From: Candidatus Omnitrophota bacterium | GTDB taxonomy: Bacteria; Omnitrophota; Gorgyraeia; B26-G9 | Length of the DNA stretch: 35,931 nt | Direction of reading: 5' to 3' | Assembly (NCBI GenBank): GCA_028718845.1 | Contig: JAQULA010000001.1 | Span: 1 to 35,931, forward strand | Shown: in pieces, positions 32,186 to 35,931 of the stretch | How positions within the stretch are numbered: the first letter of the stretch is position 1 | Layout: every line of letters begins with the position of its first letter | Program-made: the position numbers and the translations under genes | Notes under the pieces: generated by a model | Told to the model about the DNA's origin: nothing | What the model saw: the letters and a program-made list of their open reading frames with translations, nothing else | Databases searched by the model: none

Positions 32186-33969
32186 AACGGCTTGCGGTGT
32201 TCCTGAGTGTGCTGACGGTTTTTGCCTGCGGCGGATTGCGCGCGGAAGAGTTGGCTCCGGCCATGCTCGCGGCATCGGCCCAACCGGCAATCACCCCGCT
32301 GTCCAAAGGGATTGACAGCCTGATTTCCCTGGACCTGCGGATGATCGATATTAACGACGCGCTGAAATATTTTTCTCTCAAGAGCGGATTGAATATCGTG
32401 ACCACGAAGTCGGTGACCGGGCGGGTGACGTTAATAGTGGAAGATGTCCCGGTGAAAGATGTCCTGGATATTATGCTGCGTTCAAACGGGCTTGCCTACG
32501 ATAAGGTAGGAAATATTTATAATGTTATGACTCAGGAGGAATATAAACAGCTTTATGGCCAAAAATTTGCCGACGTGCGCGAAGTAAAAATATTTCGTCT
32601 GAACTATGCCATCCCGGATCAGGCGTTCAGCCTGCTGGACGCGGTAAAAAGCGAAGTCGGCCGGATTTTGGTCGACCCGGAATCCGGCAGTGTATTATGC
32701 ATGGATTCTCCGGAAAAAATTCGGCAGATGGAAAAAGTACTGAAAGAATTCGAACAGCAAAACGTAACCCGGGTTTTCCCCCTGAATTACGCGAAAGCCA
32801 AAGTCGTCGAAGAGCAGCTGATGACCCGCCTGGATGCGAAGAAAGTCGGGTCAATCAAGGCGGATGAACGCGCGAACCAGGTTATCGTGCAGGCGTTCCC
32901 GGAGCGCATGAAGGAAATAGAAGAACTTATTGCCGCGCTGGATAAAAAAACCAAGCAGATATTGCTGGAAGCGAAAATAGTTAAAGTCAAAATTGCCGAC
33001 GGCACCGAAGTGGGGATTGAATGGGAAGGGTTATTTGAAGCGTCGGGAAAGAACGGGAATTTGACCTATGTCGGCTCGACCCCGTTTGCCGCGGTGCAAT
33101 CGACCACCGCGGATTGGCGTTCGCGTGCGCAGGTATATGAAGACGTCGGTAATGTGGGGTCTTATGCGTTCAGCGGTACGACCTCGAACTATTCCAGCAG
33201 CACTTCCAACATCGGTATCGATCAGCTGCATATCGGGTTTATCGGGTCAAATGATTTCGATGTCTTATTGACCTATCTGAATACTTTAAGCGAAACCAAA
33301 ATTCTTTCCAGTCCTAAAATAGCGGTAACCAATAACCAGGAAGCGCGTATTCATGTCGGCGAACGCCAGGCTTATGTAACCACGACCACGACTACCGGTT
33401 CATCGACAAGCACCGTGTCCGAACAGGTTAATTTTATCGATATCGGGATCCAGCTGGATGTTGTTCCGCGGATCAGCGAAGACGGGTTTATCGATATTAA
33501 ATTAAAGACGGAAGTGAGCAGTGTGGTGAAAATTTTAGTGACGCCGTCGGAGAACCAGATCCCGATCGTGGATACGTCTCTGGCGGAAACGTCGGTGCTG
33601 GTCAAAGACGGGTGTACCGTGGTTATCGGTGGTTTGCGTAAAGATGAGGAAACGAAAACAGAGAAGCGGGTCCCGATTTTAAGCAAGATTCCCGTGCTGG
33701 GGAAATTGTTCCAGAAGACCAGCAGTTCTACCGAGCGCACGGAATTGTTGATTCTGATTACGCCGACAATTATCAGCGGAGAGGCTTTGATCGCCAACGG
33801 AGGAGCACCGATCGGCGATGCGAATATTAAGCCGCCGCAGGATTATGGAGAAGTTGAAAAAATAAAAGAGGACCAGAAAACGCACATGCCGCCTCCTCCG
33901 GAAGCCGGCTTTGGCGGGATGGAAATGAAAGGGTTTAAAGTGTATAAGGGCTCAGGGAGCGATGACTAA
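32182..33969 (+). CDS. secretin (GspD/PilQ/MshL family outer-membrane channel)
   Basis: Signal peptide with a possible lipobox (LTVFAC) and N-domains (ISLDLRMIDINDALKYF, NYAKAKVVEEQL). The C-terminal secretin domain has KILSSPKIAVTNNQEARIHVG, VPILSKIPVLGKLFQ and ELLILITPTII. Confidence 0.9.
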   Translation: MKRLAVFLSVLTVFACGGLRAEELAPAMLAASAQPAITPLSKGIDSLISLDLRMIDINDALKYFSLKSGLNIVTTKSVTGRVTLIVEDVPVKDVLDIMLRSNGLAYDKVGNIYNVMTQEEYKQLYGQKFADVREVKIFRLNYAIPDQAFSLLDAVKSEVGRILVDPESGSVLCMDSPEKIRQMEKVLKEFEQQNVTRVFPLNYAKAKVVEEQLMTRLDAKKVGSIKADERANQVIVQAFPERMKEIEELIAALDKKTKQILLEAKIVKVKIADGTEVGIEWEGLFEASGKNGNLTYVGSTPFAAVQSTTADWRSRAQVYEDVGNVGSYAFSGTTSNYSSSTSNIGIDQLHIGFIGSNDFDVLLTYLNTLSETKILSSPKIAVTNNQEARIHVGERQAYVTTTTTTGSSTSTVSEQVNFIDIGIQLDVVPRISEDGFIDIKLKTEVSSVVKILVTPSENQIPIVDTSLAETSVLVKDGCTVVIGGLRKDEETKTEKRVPILSKIPVLGKLFQKTSSSTERTELLILITPTIISGEALIANGGAPIGDANIKPPQDYGEVEKIKEDQKTHMPPPPEAGFGGMEMKGFKVYKGSGSDD

Positions 33970-35931
33970 GAATATGAAGCTAAACCGCATCGACCGATGT
34001 TATGAAAAAATCCGGCACGGAGTGTGTTTTGTCGTCCTGCTTGGTTTTTTGCTGGCGTTCACGCCTTTGCGGGCGCAGGCGGAGGTAAAACCCGCTAAGG
34101 ATAAACGCTCAGGGACGACTTCTGTCCCGGCTAAGGCGGAGCAGTCGAACGCCGAATCAGCGGCTCCCGCTCCGGGATCGGCCGATTCCGGAGCCGTATC
34201 CGGGGGGACCGGCGAGCAGGCCGCGCAAATGGGTCTGCGCGTAGCCGAAGAAGAGATCGGTTTTTTAAGGCAGGAATTTGATAATCTCAATAAGGTATTT
34301 ACCCAGGCATCGACTGAGATTTCTCAGCTGAAGAATGAGAACAGCCGGATGGCGGATGAAAATTTGTCACTATTAAATCAGGTGGCGGGGATGAAAAAAC
34401 AGGTCGGCGAAAAAGAACAAAACGTTGACTTGTTAAAAAATTTGATGCAGGAAAAAGAACAGGAATTCAACAGCCGGATGGAAAAATTCGCGCTGCAGAT
34501 AAAAGAACTCGACCGGGTGAAGGACGAAAACAGCCGGATCAACGTGGAGAAACAGGTATTACAGGCCCAAATAGCCGATTTGCAGAAACAAATTACCGAT
34601 CAATCCCAGCAGGTAAGCGTATCGCTGAATAAAGAGCAGGAATATAACAGCCGTTTATCGGAAATGAGCGCTCAGGTAGTGGAACTGAGCGCGCTTAAGG
34701 ATGAAAACCGCCGGATCGTGGCGGAAAAACAGTCGCTGCTGAGTCAGGTTGTTGATTTACAAAAAAAGATTGCCGCACTGGATCAAAAAGCCAAAGCGTC
34801 CGAACAACAGGAGAAAACTAAAGGGCAGGAATATAGTGCCCGGCTGGCTGAGTTGAGAGCGCAGGTTAAGGAGCTTAATCAGCTCAAGGATGAAAATACC
34901 CGGATCAATGCCGAGAAAGAGGCGTTACGGGTCCAGTTTGCCGGATTGCAAAAACAGCTTGCCGGACAGGAACAGCAGGCGTCATTATCGCAGAAGAAAG
35001 AGCAGGAGTATAATGACCGGATAACCCGGCTGACGGCGCAGGCGCAGGAGTTGGATAAGCTTAAGGACGATAACCGGCGGATGGCGGAGGAGAAGCAGTC
35101 GCTGCAGGGCCAGGTAGCCGGATTGCAGGAACAGCTCGCGGCGCAGGATCAGCAGTCCGGCACGGCCGCGAAGCTGGCGCAGCAGAAGGAACAGGAATAT
35201 ACCGATCGATTGGCGGAATTAAACCGCCGGGTGCAGGAGTCGGATAAGCTCAAGGACGATAACCGGCGGATGGCGGAGGAGAAGCAGTCGCTGCAGGGCC
35301 GGGTCGCCGAATTGCAGGAACAGCTCGCGGCGCAGGATCAGCAGTCCGGCACGGCCGCGAAGCTGGCGCAGCAGAAGGAACAGGAATATACCGATCGATT
35401 GGCGGAATTAAACCGCCGGGTGCAGGAGTTGGATAAGCTCAAGGACGATAACCGGCGGATGGCGGAGGAGAAGCAGTCGCTGCAGGGCCGGGTCGCCGAA
35501 TTGCAGGAACAGCTCGCGGCGCAGGATCAGCAGTCCGGCACGGCCGAACGGCAGTTCCGGGATAAAATGCAGGAATATAATAACCGGATAGCTGAACTAA
35601 CCAATGATTTTAATCAGCTTAAGGATGAAAATACCCGGATCAATGCCGAGAAAGAGGCGTTACGGGTCCAGTTTGCCGGATTGCAAAAACAGCTTGCCGG
35701 ACGGGAACAGCAGGCGTCATTATCGCAGAAGAAAGAGCAGGAGTATAATGACCGGATAACCCGGCTGACGGCGCAGGCGCAGGAGTTGGATAAGCTTAAG
35801 GACGATAACCGGCGGATGGCGGATGAGAAGCAGGCATTGTTAAGCCAGGTGTCCGGGGCCCAAAAACAAATTGTCGAACAGGCTGAAAACGTAAATGTGA
35901 TCAAGAAGCAGGCGCTGGATAAGGAACGGGA
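33962..35931 (+). CDS. signal-peptide coiled-coil protein built of ~63-residue repeats (3' end cut by window edge; not in the supplied ORF track)
   Basis: I translated it by hand. ATG 33962 overlaps the secretin stop by 8 nt, and there is no in-frame stop through base 35931 (656 codons). A hydrophobic signal (GVCFVVLLGFLLAFTPLRAQA) and an Ala/Ser/Pro linker precede repeated LKDENxRIxxEKQxLxxQVxxLQKQLAxQDQQ...KEQEYNxRLxEL units. Confidence 0.85.
   Translation, partial: MTKNMKLNRIDRCYEKIRHGVCFVVLLGFLLAFTPLRAQAEVKPAKDKRSGTTSVPAKAEQSNAESAAPAPGSADSGAVSGGTGEQAAQMGLRVAEEEIGFLRQEFDNLNKVFTQASTEISQLKNENSRMADENLSLLNQVAGMKKQVGEKEQNVDLLKNLMQEKEQEFNSRMEKFALQIKELDRVKDENSRINVEKQVLQAQIADLQKQITDQSQQVSVSLNKEQEYNSRLSEMSAQVVELSALKDENRRIVAEKQSLLSQVVDLQKKIAALDQKAKASEQQEKTKGQEYSARLAELRAQVKELNQLKDENTRINAEKEALRVQFAGLQKQLAGQEQQASLSQKKEQEYNDRITRLTAQAQELDKLKDDNRRMAEEKQSLQGQVAGLQEQLAAQDQQSGTAAKLAQQKEQEYTDRLAELNRRVQESDKLKDDNRRMAEEKQSLQGRVAELQEQLAAQDQQSGTAAKLAQQKEQEYTDRLAELNRRVQELDKLKDDNRRMAEEKQSLQGRVAELQEQLAAQDQQSGTAERQFRDKMQEYNNRIAELTNDFNQLKDENTRINAEKEALRVQFAGLQKQLAGREQQASLSQKKEQEYNDRITRLTAQAQELDKLKDDNRRMADEKQALLSQVSGAQKQIVEQAENVNVIKKQALDKER
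35054..35546 (+). repeat. near-perfect 189-bp (63-codon) tandem repeat, about 2.6 copies
   Basis: Unit starts (GATAAGCT[T/C]AAGGACGATAACCGGCGG) are at 35054, 35243 and 35432. Copies 2 and 3 read identical up to 35546, and copy 1 differs at a handful of bases. Confidence 0.9.

Noticed and set aside
34000-35904. - strand ORFs 34000-34290 and 35614-35904 from the track
   Set aside because: They are antisense to the long uninterrupted + strand coiled-coil ORF. That ORF has a signal peptide, heptad-type repeats and translational coupling to the secretin.

Overview
This 35.9-kb window is probably a whole metagenomic contig, since genes are cut at both ends. It comes from an uncultivated diderm-type bacterium (secretin, LpxL-family acyltransferase, DsbD/CcdA-type protein); taxonomy cannot be fixed from the sequence alone. 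Almost everything is on the + strand. No rRNA, tRNA, CRISPR array, transposase or integrase was recognised.

Left flank (1-6.9 kb), envelope and housekeeping genes: SGNH/TPR protein (partial), MGDG-synthase-like GT28, LpxL/HtrB-family acyltransferase, GT2, pcm, a small membrane protein and priA.

Centre (7.0-21.6 kb), a visibly more AT-rich accessory region:
- a near-consensus promoter plus a leader with a terminator-like hairpin;
- an OpgH/BcsA-like membrane GT2;
- a protein built from ten exact 26-residue TPR-like repeats;
- a 1474-aa Sec-signal Rhs/YD polymorphic toxin whose tip after DPYGL carries phospholipase-A2-like motifs, followed by a polytopic membrane immunity candidate;
- four orphan rhs-CT plus immunity cassettes and one decayed rhs remnant. 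All share a near-identical GC-rich Rhs core-end repeat that switches abruptly to AT-rich, Cys-rich, unrecognisable toxin tips.

Right flank:
- a secreted protein, a DUF1573 protein, a Trx-CcdA fusion, a TPR protein and fmt;
- two translationally coupled GalT-like paralogs, the first lacking the HxH nucleophile His;
- gap, a NUDIX hydrolase and a small MerR-like HTH protein;
- a secretin module: an ExeA/MshM-like ATPase interrupted by an in-frame TAG, a GspC/PilP-like protein and the secretin;
- a 656+ aa signal-peptide coiled-coil protein made of 63-residue repeats. It runs off the window end and is absent from the supplied ORF track.

The most interesting content is the Sec-dependent Rhs toxin/orphan array and its apparent operon with a glycan-synthase-like pair, followed by the secretin-linked giant coiled-coil protein.
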